DNA of 64,000 nucleotides from Tubulanus polymorphus (lineage: Eukaryota > Animalia > Nemertea): positions 16,796,950-16,860,949 of the forward strand of contig NC_134029.1 in NCBI RefSeq assembly GCF_964204645.1. Direction: 5' to 3'. Both the position numbers and the translations under genes were made by a program. Below, in pieces: positions 1 to 10,920 of the stretch. Within the stretch, counting starts at the first letter, position 1. Each line of letters begins with the position of its first letter. The notes under the pieces were generated by a model. That model was not told the origin of the DNA. It was given only the letters and a program-made list of their open reading frames with translations, and made no database searches.

Positions 1-5
1 GTTAA

Positions 6-1001
6 TTAAGGTTTTTCATAATAATCGTTAAATAATAAATATAAATACATTTTCTTTTGTTTTGTGTTAAATGTTGACGGAATAATTGTTTTAAGAATAT
101 CTTTTTTAGTTATTTCACCATTTTTATTTTCTATTATTTTCATTTTTTCAAGCCATTGCATATATTCTGGTGTATGATCTTCTATAGAAAATATTTTAAA
201 AATTTCATCTAGATAATTTAATTTTGGATCTATGAGAAAATTTCTAGTTTTTTCTTCACTCCATAAATTCTTTTGCCATACACATTCATTACAAAATAAC
301 ACAGTACCTTCTTGTCTTAAGGTCGCATAACATTGTGGACATTTTCGTTTATAATTTATTGGTAATAGATCTTCATTAAGCTCTTGGTATTTTCTTACGT
401 TTTCTTTATGTTTTATTGTTCTATTATGTAGATTTGAATTACTTGTTGTAATAATCAATTTACAATATTTACAATAATATGTTTTTCTTGTTAATTCATT
501 ATATTGTTTTTCTAACTTTTCAACTGTTTCTTTATTATCTAGTAACGTTTTCTCATATTTTATTTTTTCTAATAAACTATTTTTTCTTTCATTGAATTCT
601 GTTTCAAATTTATTAGAAATTTTATCTCTATGTGCTTGACGAAATTGATGATTCTCCCAATCTTCTATATTTTCAGGTCTATATTTTACTTGACAAGGCT
701 CACAGAAATGATCTTTTATATTATCCTTGTCATAGAATAAGAAAGGTCTTTTCCAAATAATTTCAGGTTCAACTTCAGCAGAATTACTATTACTTTCATT
801 ACTATCAACATTAGCCGTTGCGCCATTAATTTTACACTTCTCTGAATGTTTTTTGACATAATTTCTTGAGAATAATTTATTACATTTTGGACAGTTTAGT
901 TTAGGGGGTTTATAATTTTCATCATGTTTTTTCATATGTCGAGCCATATTACTTTTTCTAAGAAGTTCACCACAAATTTCGCATGGTATCTTCTCATCCA
1001 T
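6..1001 (-). CDS. Viral multi-zinc-finger protein
   Basis: Intact 331-aa ORF with CEICGELLRKSNMARHMKKH, CPKCNKLFSRNYVKKHSEKC, CKYCK...HNRTIKH and CPQC..CNEC motifs; TAAATG start. Confidence 0.75.
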   Translation of the reverse strand: MDEKIPCEICGELLRKSNMARHMKKHDENYKPPKLNCPKCNKLFSRNYVKKHSEKCKINGATANVDSNESNSNSAEVEPEIIWKRPFLFYDKDNIKDHFCEPCQVKYRPENIEDWENHQFRQAHRDKISNKFETEFNERKNSLLEKIKYEKTLLDNKETVEKLEKQYNELTRKTYYCKYCKLIITTSNSNLHNRTIKHKENVRKYQELNEDLLPINYKRKCPQCYATLRQEGTVLFCNECVWQKNLWSEEKTRNFLIDPKLNYLDEIFKIFSIEDHTPEYMQWLEKMKIIENKNGEITKKDILKTIIPSTFNTKQKKMYLYLLFNDYYEKP

Positions 1002-1069
1002 TTATTTAGGAAAAATTTTATTAAAATTAATTTTTAGTGATGAGCGGTAATTTTTTTATGTTATAAATA

Positions 1070-1828
1070 ATGGTAGAATTAAAAGAATACAGAATATTTG
1101 TTGATTCTAGAAAACTTACAAGTTATAAATCACATAATTTACTAGTTCAATTAGATAGAGAATTTAAGAATTGTGTAGATTTAAAATTAGTTAATATAAG
1201 TTTATGTAATTCTTTTAATAATATAACGGATAAACGTCTAGAACATTTAATTTTTTTCAATCTTTTACAAAAAAAGGAATAAATGGTTTTTTTTATATTT
1301 AAAACCAGGATTATATAATTTAGATACATTAGCACAAGAAATTAATAGAAAAGCTCGAGCTAAATTAGGAAGTGATTCCGGATTTAGTATTAGAATTTTA
1401 AAAAGTGATAGTTCTAATAAAATAAAGATTAGGTTAGCTAATGACGAACAATTTAAATTTACAGTAAGAAAACCTTTAGGTAAACTGTTGGGAATTAACC
1501 CAGATATTGTTACAGCATACGCAGAAGGTAGATCAAACTTAATACCTTTTACACATTTTTATATTTATTGCAATTTGATTGACCCAACAAAAACATTTGA
1601 AGCAACTAAAGATACAATTTGTAATTCTGGTTTATTAAATATTTTACCATTAAAAAATGTCAAACAATTTGGAACTCAAATAAATTATAATTTAACTGAA
1701 TGTGATTTCAAACCTTGTATTCCACATTTCAATAATTTTAAATTAGAAATAAGAAATCATAATGATATTTAATTGATTTGAATAACTTTCCTGTGATATA
1801 TGAATTAGTTATAAGATGTAGAGAGTAG
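1070..1828 (+). pseudogene. Minor capsid protein (penton, single jelly-roll)-like gene, disrupted
   Basis: N-terminus YRIFVDSR...LCNSFNNIT and C-terminus YIYCNLID...LLNILPL...FGTQINY...FKLEIRNHNDI*IDLNNFPVIYELVI resemble virophage/PLV penton patterns; broken by frameshift(s) and a stop at 1770-1772. Confidence 0.6.
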
Positions 1829-1844
1829 TTTTTTCATTATATAA

Positions 1845-2201
1845 ATGAATATAACTGTTGGACCGAGTATATGTTTTGGATTTGATTTTAAACGTGAGAA
1901 AGAAATGAAATTTAACATTAATGATGTAATTACACATATCAAAAATATTGCATTTTCAAATGAAACAACATTTGAGTATGAAAAAACAATAGATAAAGAA
2001 ACTTTTAATGTAGAAAAGATTACTAATTTAATTAGAGAATCTTTAAGAATTTATGAATTAGATGAAGATTTTATCATCGATGATATTAAAAAAATAATAA
2101 TTGAAATATATACAAATGAAACTAGTAATGAAATAAATGTTGAAATAATCATCACTAAGATAACTAAATATTTTGAAGATAGTAATTTTTTTGATAAATA
2201 A
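1845..2201 (+). CDS. Viral hypothetical protein (118 aa, acidic)
   Basis: Intact ORF with TAAATG start; its TAA stop abuts the next ATG. Confidence 0.65.
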   Translation: MNITVGPSICFGFDFKREKEMKFNINDVITHIKNIAFSNETTFEYEKTIDKETFNVEKITNLIRESLRIYELDEDFIIDDIKKIIIEIYTNETSNEINVEIIITKITKYFEDSNFFDK

Positions 2202-2423
2202 ATGAGTGATAATAAGTGGATAATAACTGGATTATATAATGGAGCATTACTATCAGTTGGAACTGTTGGTTATTCAATGGTATTAAAAAAAGTATTCAAA
2301 ATGGGAAGTGTTAATGTTGATAGATTTGATATAAATGATATTTTAAAATTAACATTAGCAGTTACTTTATCTAATTTAACTATTGATTATTTGGAAAAAC
2401 AAAAATATATTCCTCCCATATAA
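2202..2423 (+). CDS. Small hydrophobic viral protein (73 aa)
   Basis: TAAATG start; hydrophobic segments IITGLYNGALLSVGTVGYSMVL and ILKLTLAVTLSNLTI. Confidence 0.7.
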   Translation: MSDNKWIITGLYNGALLSVGTVGYSMVLKKVFKMGSVNVDRFDINDILKLTLAVTLSNLTIDYLEKQKYIPPI

Positions 2424-2447
2424 ATACATAATTATTTTACTAAATAA

Positions 2448-2870
2448 ATGGCTTCTGCAGTTATAACTATTATAGGATCGGCAATTGTTAACGCTTTAGC
2501 ATTTACTGGTGGTGGTTATTTATTTAAGCATATTGATAAAAATGGTTCATTAACAGAACAAAAAAGACATAACTTAGCATTAGAGAAATACAATAAAGCA
2601 GCGGAAGAATATAGAGAAAAGAGGCAAAACTATATGGATTATATTAACAAGGAATTATATGATCAGAAGATTTCACATAGAGATTTTCAATCAGTTGATG
2701 ATGCAATGAGTTTATATAACGCGGTAACCAATGAAGAAAAATTACATCTATACAAACCTAAATTATCAGATTATTATACCCCAAGTAAAGAACAACAGAA
2801 ATATGAAATAATTTGGATTTTAGGTGGAACTATTATTGTTATATTTGTAGCATATAAATTTACTAATTAG
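2448..2870 (+). CDS. Viral membrane protein with terminal hydrophobic helices and central coiled coil
   Basis: MASAVITIIGSAIVNALAFTGGGYLF; EQKRHNLALEKYNKAAEEY; C-terminal IIWILGGTIIVIFVAY. Confidence 0.75.
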   Translation: MASAVITIIGSAIVNALAFTGGGYLFKHIDKNGSLTEQKRHNLALEKYNKAAEEYREKRQNYMDYINKELYDQKISHRDFQSVDDAMSLYNAVTNEEKLHLYKPKLSDYYTPSKEQQKYEIIWILGGTIIVIFVAYKFTN

Positions 2871-2889
2871 TAATTTTTTTTCTAAATAA

Positions 2890-3324
2890 ATGGAAGATAA
2901 AGTTGATAGTATTGATATTATTCCTCATGATATAAATAAAACTAAATTAAAAACATATTTAGAAAAACAAATATTAGAATTTGAAAGTGACTTAAAGATA
3001 AAAAAGAAAAAATATTTAAAAAGTAAAATTATATATTATTTGATTATAAGTGGTTCGGTTACAATTAGTTCTGTAATAACATTTCTAGCAATATTCAGTC
3101 CATTAACCCCTTTAGCTATATCAATTGATGTGTTAGGATTAAGTTCAAGTGTTTTAACTGGTATAAGTTCAAAATTGAATATAAAAAGTAATAAAGAAAA
3201 AATTAAAACTAATATAAAAGAAATTAATAAATTGAAGAATACACTAGATTATATAATAAGTTTAAATGGCCATATAACAGTTGAAGAAAAAGATAAATTA
3301 TTAAAAGAATTAGTTAATTATTAA
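2890..3324 (+). CDS. Viral two-TM hairpin protein flanked by coiled coils
   Basis: IIYYLIISGSVTISSVITFLAIF and LAISIDVLGLSSSVLTGIS between Lys-rich helical segments; TAAATG start. Confidence 0.7.
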   Translation: MEDKVDSIDIIPHDINKTKLKTYLEKQILEFESDLKIKKKKYLKSKIIYYLIISGSVTISSVITFLAIFSPLTPLAISIDVLGLSSSVLTGISSKLNIKSNKEKIKTNIKEINKLKNTLDYIISLNGHITVEEKDKLLKELVNY

Positions 3325-3340
3325 TTTTTTAATTATATAA

Positions 3341-4641
3341 ATGGGGTTTCCAAAAGCTTTCCAATATAATAAATCAATTAAATATAATATTCCTGCAATA
3401 GATTTTAAGAAAAATATTACATATAGAAATGTAGTTTTAAATTCATTAACTAATTTAGAAATATATGTTACTGAATCACAGTTTTTATTTCTAAAATGGA
3501 AAATATATTTAATACATATGAAGTTACTTTTACTCGAGATGAATACCATATATATAAAGTAAAATCTAATATGAAATATTGGCAGAACCAATTAGATTTT
3601 GCTGTTTATTGTGCAACAACAGGATGTGGAATAAGTTGGAATGATCATTTAAATAACTTAGATAAAAATTTGAAGTATTCTGATTTAAAATTAATTCACA
3701 CAATATTTAGATTTCACACATATTTTCAAATCAGAATAATATTAAATGAATTAGAATGTCCTTTACCCGGGTCTAAATATTTTAAAGAATTGGATAATAA
3801 TATTAATCTATCTAAGTTTTATAAAATATGTAATGAATTTAATATAAATATTAATTCCGATTTCAGAGCGCATGGTAAATTGCAAGGTGTTGGTGAAGAG
3901 TTTGAAATAAAAAGAATTGATTATATGCATAGAATTTCAGCTTATCATTATTATAAAATTGATAATAATAATGGTTGGGTTAATTTCATTTTAGAAAATG
4001 GTGAAGGTTTTACAAAATCAGGTATACAAAGAATAAATCAATCTATTAGAACTTATTTGATATGTATTTTAGGTGCGCAAGTTGCAACAAGATCACCGAT
4101 AATTGGAAATTTGAATACATCATTTGATACACAGAAACAATTCAAAGTATTATTTGAAGATTCTGTTCATAATGATAAAAATAGATCGATTCCAGAAAAC
4201 ATTGTAAGATATCAAAATTATTTAGATAAATCACATATTAGATTAAATTATTGTATAGGCCCTAATCTATTTATTATTTCTAATGATTTAGTATTAAAGA
4301 TGGGAAACATAATTGGTTATAATAATCTAATTAAAACTGCAACAATAAATAATTCATTTGGATTGAATGATATAAATAAAAAGATTATCACTGCTCCAAA
4401 ATTAATGGAAGGTGTAAAAAATAAAAAACACATTCAATCAACAGAAACTAAAACTAAGAATATTAAATTAAATAATGATTCTAAAATTAAAGATTACAAT
4501 ACATCAGAAGATATTAAAACTGATAATATTCAACATGATATAATTAAACTAAATGATGATAATAAATCCCATGAAAATGCTAAATTAGCTTTAACTTGTA
4601 TAGGAATTGTAATCGGAGGAATATTATATTTTAAATTTTAA
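3341..4641 (+). pseudogene. Large viral protein with C-terminal TM anchor, frameshifted near 3480-3495
   Basis: TAAATG-led ORF 3341 overlaps ORF 3496-4641 in another frame; motif YWQNQLDFAVYCATTGCGISW; C-terminal LALTCIGIVIGGILYF. Confidence 0.65.
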
Positions 4642-4657
4642 TTTTTTTATTATGTAA

Positions 4658-5764
4658 ATGGATGTAGAAGGTGGAGAAGATTATGAAATGGGAGAAATGG
4701 GAAATAATAATGAGGGATATATTGATGATGATTATAATGATGCAGAAACTAATATTGATGATGGTAATGAATCAGCATATAATTCTAATTTAGCAGATAG
4801 TGGTTCTAAAGGCCAATCAACAGATGAATTTGATAGAAGAACTATAAAGAAAATAGCTGCTGAAAATTTAAATCCAGATTTATTAAAACAAAATTTAGAA
4901 TATAATGAATATATTCATAATTTCAAACCTATATTTGAAGAATCTGGATATAATATAAATGCCAGAGGCGCCAGACTTTTAGTACAAGAATTAAAGTTTT
5001 TAGATGGTGAATATTATTATAGGTTGAAAGATGATTCGGATTATTATATTAATATCTCTTATAAAAAAGAAGAAAAAATAATAGCAAAATCAACTCTGCT
5101 TAAGTTAGACCTATCTAGAATTAAATGAATAAGAAATAGTAATGAAATAGAAGATGTAACACAAGAAGAAATAAATCAAAATAGAGTATTTAAACAAAGA
5201 ATTAATAAATTATTTGAAACAATCGATAATAATTTAGAACCAGAAACAATTCCTAAAGAAGTTATTAATTCCAAAACTAGTAAACCTAATTCAAGAGAAG
5301 TTCAAACTGAAAAAATTTTACCGAATGGATTACTTGACGCAACAGATCAACAATTAGAAGATTTAGATATATTTTCTGATAAAGCAATAAGAGAAATTAT
5401 TAGTATAAAACTTGCATCTGATAAAATTGCGCATGAAAAAGAAATAAGAGATTTTAAAATTAGATTTTTAGAAAAAGAATTAACTGATAAAAATAAAGAA
5501 ATAGAACAATTAAAATTAGATAGAGATAATAAAGTTATTGAAGAAATTGAATTTAAAAAAAGAAATGAATATTTAAAAAAAGAAAAAGATGATTTAGAAT
5601 ATAACATAGAATTAGTAAAAGAAGAAATTAAATTATTATTAAAATCATATGATTATAATATTAATAGATTAAAAGTTATTTTTAAAGATTTGTTGATTAA
5701 ACCAAATTCTGAAATATCATTGAAAGATAGAATAAATTCACAATTAGATAGTATTCAATATTAG
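4658..5764 (+). pseudogene. Acidic/coiled-coil viral protein with internal stop
   Basis: ORF 4658-5128 continues in frame past TGA 5126-5128 through a long coiled-coil-like stretch to TAG 5762-5764. Confidence 0.65.
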
Positions 5765-5794
5765 AAATATAAAGTTAAAATTAACGATATATAA

Positions 5795-6928
5795 ATGGGA
5801 GGTAAAAAAATTCCTAATACTAAAGAACAATATTTAAGAAATTTATATTACAACCCTGAGAGTTCGGTTGCTTATTCTTCTACCAAAAATATATGGCGTC
5901 AAGTAAAACAAGATAAATTAGATAAGATAATCCCACAAAATTTAGTTAAATATAAAGATATAAATGAATTTATGTTAGAACAACCAACATATACAACACA
6001 TAAAAAAATTGTTAGAAAATATATAACTCGTAAAACTATGGTAAGTTATGTAGATTAACAGTGGCAAGGAGATTTAATTGATATGAAAAATGTTAAGAAA
6101 GATAATGATGATTATTGGTGGTTATTGAATATAATTGATATTTTTAGTCGTTATGTATGGAGTTTCCCACTTTATAGAAAAGATGCTGTACAAACATCAA
6201 ATGTTTTAAGAAAATTTCTTTCGGATGATAAACTAAAACCAGAAAAAATACAATTTGATGATGGAAAAGAGTATATAAGATATAATTCACTTGTTCATGA
6301 ACTCTTAGATAATCATAATATTAAATATTTTTCAACAAAATCGGATAAAAAAGCAGCAGTTGTTGAACGATTTAATAGAACATTAAGAACAAGAATGTGG
6401 AAATATTTTACAGCAAATAATACTTTTAAATGGATTGATGTTTTACCAAAATTGATAGAAGGATATAATAATTCTTATCATTCTTCTATTGGAATGAAAC
6501 CTATTGATGCTAGAAAACCTGAAAATGCTGAAATTGTTTGGAATAATTTATATGGTGCATTTCTTGTAGATGATTTTGGTGAACCTAAATTTAAAGTTGG
6601 CCAAAATGTTAGAATATCTAAGTATAAAAAGATATTTGACAAAGGATACGATCGAAATTTTACTAGGGAAATATATAAAATAAAAAAGGTAATAACAACA
6701 AAACCATATGTCTATAAATTAGAAGATTTAGATGGTGAAGAAGTTGATGGCTACTTTTACGAAGAAGAATTAAGTTTAACTACTGAAAATCTAGAACAAG
6801 AATATAAAATTGAAAAAGTATTAAAAACAAAAACTATTAAAAGAAAAAAATATTCTTTAGTAAAATGGGTTGGATGGCCAGATAAATTCAATGAATGGAT
6901 ATTATCAAGTAAAATTAAAAATATATAA
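5795..6928 (+). pseudogene. Polinton-type rve integrase with chromodomain-like C-terminus, copy A (one nonsense codon)
   Basis: YVD*QWQGDLIDM (TAA 6056-6058 where copy B has Gln); IDIFSRY, QFDDG, VERFNRTL DDE motifs; YKIEKVLK...VKWVGWPDKFNEWI tail. Confidence 0.9.
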
Positions 6929-7531
6929 ATGAATAAGGAATTATTTATATTTGAGCCTCATAATATGTTAATATCTGGCGTAACAAATTGTGGAAAAACT
7001 TATTTTATATTAAATTTATTAGAAACTGTTTATGAAAACTATTTTGATAATGTAGTATTATTTTGCCCAACATATGAATTTTATCAAACTTATGATAGAA
7101 ATATTACTAGAAATAATAAATTTATTATATTAGATCCTAAAACAGTAAAAGAAAATTTAGATAATTGTATAAAAATAGCAATTGATATTTATAAAGGATC
7201 AAATACATTATTTATCATAGATGATTGCGCAAATTTACATGATTCAAAAGTTAGAGAAAGTGAGTTATGTTATCTAGCTTTCTCTGGGAGACATTTTGGG
7301 ATAACAACATGGGTTTTAAATCAAAAATATAATTCAATTGTTAAAGACTTTAGAGAAAACATTAGATTTCTAGTTTTATTCTACAATAAAGAATCGATGA
7401 AAAATGCACTTGAGGAAAATGATATTATTCCACATGATTTACATAATGAATATATGGATAAGTTGAAAAATATTAAAAGATCAAAATTACTATTTAGATT
7501 ACAACACCCATTTAAATATGAATTTATTTAA
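6929..7531 (+). CDS. A32/FtsK-HerA-like genome packaging ATPase, copy A
   Basis: Walker A GVTNCGKT, Walker B LFIIDD, GRH motif, VLNQKY, FREN. Confidence 0.88.
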   Translation: MNKELFIFEPHNMLISGVTNCGKTYFILNLLETVYENYFDNVVLFCPTYEFYQTYDRNITRNNKFIILDPKTVKENLDNCIKIAIDIYKGSNTLFIIDDCANLHDSKVRESELCYLAFSGRHFGITTWVLNQKYNSIVKDFRENIRFLVLFYNKESMKNALEENDIIPHDLHNEYMDKLKNIKRSKLLFRLQHPFKYEFI

Positions 7532-7680
7532 ATTCAACTAGTTTGTTAATCTAGTTGAATTCTAGTTATTGGTAGTTGTAACAAAAATCAACTAGATTTA
7601 ACAATATTTTAACTAGCTTGTTAATCTAGTTTAATTCTAGTTACATTCTAGTTGAATTCTAGTTGCAACATCACAACTAA
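7531..7680. repeat. CTAG-rich short direct/inverted repeat cluster
   Basis: AATTCAACTAG-tttgttaat-CTAGTTGAATT hairpin plus many CTAGTT/AACTAG copies directly after the ATPase stop. Confidence 0.7.
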
Positions 7681-7696
7681 TTTTTTTGTTATATAA

Positions 7697-8302
7697 ATGG
7701 TAGGTGAAAAGAAAATAAAATCTAAAAATGGTGATGTTCCAATTGAAAAAACTTTAGATGATTTAGGAATAACAGAAAACAAATTAATTCCAGATGATGG
7801 TGCCTTAAATAATGTTACAACAAATAATAATTATTAATATTATCTTTATTGTAAACATCAATTAGAAATATTAATAGCATCTGGAAAATGTAAAAATTTT
7901 GTCGGTAAAAATTTAACTTATGATGAATTAGATACAATGAAATCAGATGAAATTATAAGATTATTTAAGATTTATGAAGCCGCGAGAACAGCTAGAATTA
8001 ATAACGCGATATCAGAAAATGTAGTAAAAGGTTATAGTAAATTATGTAATTATATACTACCAATTGAAGATGAAAATAGATTATATTCCGATTTAAAAAA
8101 TGACTATTTAGTTATGACTGAATTAAATAAATGGATTGGATATTTATCATTTCAATTAGGTGGATTTATGACATTATTATCAACTGGGGTTATAACATTT
8201 TCAAATATTGAAAGTAAAAATATTTCTATAATAAATGAGCGAGGTGGAAGAAGTGAAGGAATTAACTGTGAAGAAAAAACCGAGATCACAGAAACAAATT
8301 GA
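7697..8302 (+). pseudogene. Viral hypothetical protein X, copy A (in-frame stop 7835-7837)
   Basis: TAAATG at 7697, in frame with ORF 7937-8302; IEKTLDDLGI and YLYCKH match copy B at 13017-13568. Confidence 0.8.
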
Positions 8303-8645
8303 ATGGTCTCGGCAATTAGGAATTAAATCACAAGAATATAAAAAAGGTGTAAAAGAAAAAATAAGTAATAAAAATGTTAATAAAAATGGTGAAAATATTG
8401 TTATTTCTACTCCTTCTGATAATAGAATATTTGATAAATATTTATATTTTACAGTTGGATTTGTAATTGTATTCATTTTGATTGGGTGTAATTGGTATAA
8501 GAAATCAAATAAAATTCATGATATTAGTAATTCTGAAACAACTGCTATCAAAAATGAAAATACTTCTGAAATTCCAAAATTGATAATAAAAAAATGGATT
8601 AATATTTTAGAAAAAAAGCAAAAAAAAATAATTTTTTTAAATTAA
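8235..8645 (+). CDS. Viral single-TM protein Y, copy A (3' end probably frameshifted)
   Basis: SQKQIEWSRQLG and YLYFTVGFVIVFILIG parallel SEKQIKWARELG and YLYITIGLITIIILSG in copy B. Confidence 0.7.
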   Translation: MSEVEEVKELTVKKKPRSQKQIEWSRQLGIKSQEYKKGVKEKISNKNVNKNGENIVISTPSDNRIFDKYLYFTVGFVIVFILIGCNWYKKSNKIHDISNSETTAIKNENTSEIPKLIIKKWINILEKKQKKIIFLN

Positions 8646-8820
8646 TTGAATATTAATTGAATATCACCATGTGGGTGCCATACGGCACCATCTCACTACT
8701 TTTGTCTATCACTGTGTGGGTGCTGTTTATGGCACCATCTATGCGGAGCAATTAAATTGTCCAGATAAGTCATTTCGGATTCTTAATATTCATTATTTTT
8801 ATTAATTTATTTTTTTAAAT

Positions 8821-9147
8821 TTAATCAACAATTTCTAAATCATGATGTCCATCTTCATTTTTTCCATGATAGATTATTTTAAATCCTTCTAAATCTTTTA
8901 ATTCCTCTGTACTCGATGAAACCCATTTATCAGGTAAAAATACTTTAAATTCTCGCGATGTACTAACATTACAGTAGCTTAAATTAGCTGATACTTTCTC
9001 TCCATATTTAGTTTTTATCTTTTCTAATTTCAATATTTTATGTTCAATTTCTTTTGTAACATCAATTAACTTTTTTATTTCAAATTGTTTTTTTGCTGGT
9101 ATTATTCTGTTATTTATTGTTGCTAAGAATGCTTTTCTATCTCCCAT
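8821..9147 (-). CDS. Small viral protein, possibly OB-fold/ssDNA-binding
   Basis: Intact ORF with TAAATG start; KIKTKYGEKV...FKVFLPDKW...FKIIYHGK beta-rich pattern. Function is inference. Confidence 0.55.
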   Translation of the reverse strand: MGDRKAFLATINNRIIPAKKQFEIKKLIDVTKEIEHKILKLEKIKTKYGEKVSANLSYCNVSTSREFKVFLPDKWVSSSTEELKDLEGFKIIYHGKNEDGHHDLEIVD

Positions 9148-9473
9148 TTATTAGGAAAAGAAATTACTTGTGGTGATGAGTGGGGATTACTTCCCCTTGT
9201 ATATAACAAACACGCTATTAACCGTTCTCACCCAAGCCTCACAGCATCTATTTATCCGGGTACAGTTAACACGCAATCACTGTACTACAGTAATAGCACA
9301 CGCGTTAATAACCGTTCTCAGTAGAGACTCACTGTATCGATCAATCCACGCGCAGCTGTTGTTACGCGCACTGACTGTATATGTGTGTCACAGAGCAATC
9401 GTCCGTTCTCACTAGAGCCTAGCTGTGATGAGTGGTGTCTCATACTCAATTGAATTATTAGTTGTGGTGATGA

Positions 9474-10550
9474 GTGGTGTCTCGCCCTCTCGCCCTCTGG
9501 TATGAAACCCTACTTTTACAATTACTTACATCTAATAATGTAATACCTTCTACATCAAATAATGTAATACCTTATACATCTAATAATGTAATACCTTCTA
9601 CATCTAATAATGTAATACCTTCTACATCTAAGAATATAATACCTTCTACATCTAATAATGGTAAGATTGAACCTGATATCAAAACCAAAAAGACAAATGA
9701 AAAATATTGTGATGTATGTAAGAAATATATATCATATAAAAATTGGGCATCACATAAGAAATCAAAGAAACATATAGAAAAAGAAAAGAATAATAATGAT
9801 AATAATATATCTGATAATAATATAATAGATAATATCATAGATAATGTTAATACAATTGAAACAAATGATACCACAGATAATATAACAGATAATGTTGATA
9901 CAATTGAAACTAATGATAATGAAACAATTGATGATTCTAAAAAACATTGTAACATTTGTGATTTAGATATTTCTAAAAGTAATTTTTCTAAACATAAAAT
10001 ATCTCAAGCGCATATGGAAAATGAAAGGGAGTTAGAAGAATATGAAAAGAAATTAGAAGAAATAGAAAGAAATAAAACGTGTCAATATTTTAATAAGAAA
10101 ATTGAACCTGTTGATGAAAATACTCATTATAAATCAAAATTACATCTAATTAATGTTTATAAAATGGTGAGTATGATACCATTGTTAAATAACCCAAAGA
10201 AATATATCAAATATTTTAACCCTAAAACTAACCAATATTATATATTCTATAAGTTGTTATTTGATAAATTATTAGCTTATGCAGAAGATAATCCTGAACA
10301 AATATATAAATTATTATATTTTAGAAAAATAGATTTAAGTTATCTGATAAATAATTTTAGAAATCATTTTGATTTGGATAATGATGATTTTGATGAATAC
10401 TTAGAAAAATTAAGAGAAAAAGCTAATATACCTACTAATTATTATGTTAAGATGGCTCGACTAAAATTAATAAATCTACCTAAGACTTTAGATGAATTAG
10501 ATATAAACAGAGATGATTTTATAAATGTATTAGAAACAAAATTAGAATAA
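9474..10550 (+). CDS. Viral protein with matrin/U1-like zinc fingers and low-complexity repeats; true start uncertain
   Basis: CDVCKKYISYKNWASHKKSKKH, CNICDLDISKSNFSKHKISQAH and a degenerate third finger; ORF opens on a non-ATG codon. Confidence 0.65.
   Translation: MVSRPLALWYETLLLQLLTSNNVIPSTSNNVIPYTSNNVIPSTSNNVIPSTSKNIIPSTSNNGKIEPDIKTKKTNEKYCDVCKKYISYKNWASHKKSKKHIEKEKNNNDNNISDNNIIDNIIDNVNTIETNDTTDNITDNVDTIETNDNETIDDSKKHCNICDLDISKSNFSKHKISQAHMENERELEEYEKKLEEIERNKTCQYFNKKIEPVDENTHYKSKLHLINVYKMVSMIPLLNNPKKYIKYFNPKTNQYYIFYKLLFDKLLAYAEDNPEQIYKLLYFRKIDLSYLINNFRNHFDLDNDDFDEYLEKLREKANIPTNYYVKMARLKLINLPKTLDELDINRDDFINVLETKLE
9526..9660 (+). repeat. 24-bp coding tandem repeat (TSNNVIPS), about 5.5 units
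   Basis: Repeated TACATCTAATAATGTAATACCTTC units. Confidence 0.9.
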
Positions 10551-10920
10551 TTATTATAAAACTAATTTATATATCTATGTACTAGTAAGAAAGTAAGAAT
10601 CTTGGTAAGAATCCAAGAATCTAAGAAATCTTACTTTCTTACTCGTACGTCTAGTACATAAATATATAAATAGTTATTTTTTAAATTAAAAATGTAAATT
10701 ATTAATCTAAGTATAGAAATAGTTATAATATAATCTATTTTTATTTTTATTAAGAGAAAACATATATTTTTTTTTCATTTTTATGTTTTTAATTATTATA
10801 AAACTAATTTATATTATATGTACTAGACGTACGAGTAAGAATCCAAGATTCTTACTTTCTTGGCAAGAATCTTGGATTCTTACTCGTACGTCTAGTACAT
10901 AGATATATAAATAGTTATTT
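10550..10920. terminator. Two related palindromes at the convergence of the + and - gene blocks
   Basis: Perfect 37-bp stem 10817-10853/10865-10901 with 11-nt loop; related imperfect palindrome at ~10560-10675. Terminator role is inferred. Confidence 0.55.

Noticed and set aside
9572-9955. Minus-strand ORFs 9572-9955 and 9762-9947 (also 5347-5607, 8201-8476, 3310-3591)
   Set aside because: Antisense shadows of low-complexity or coiled-coil coding sequence.
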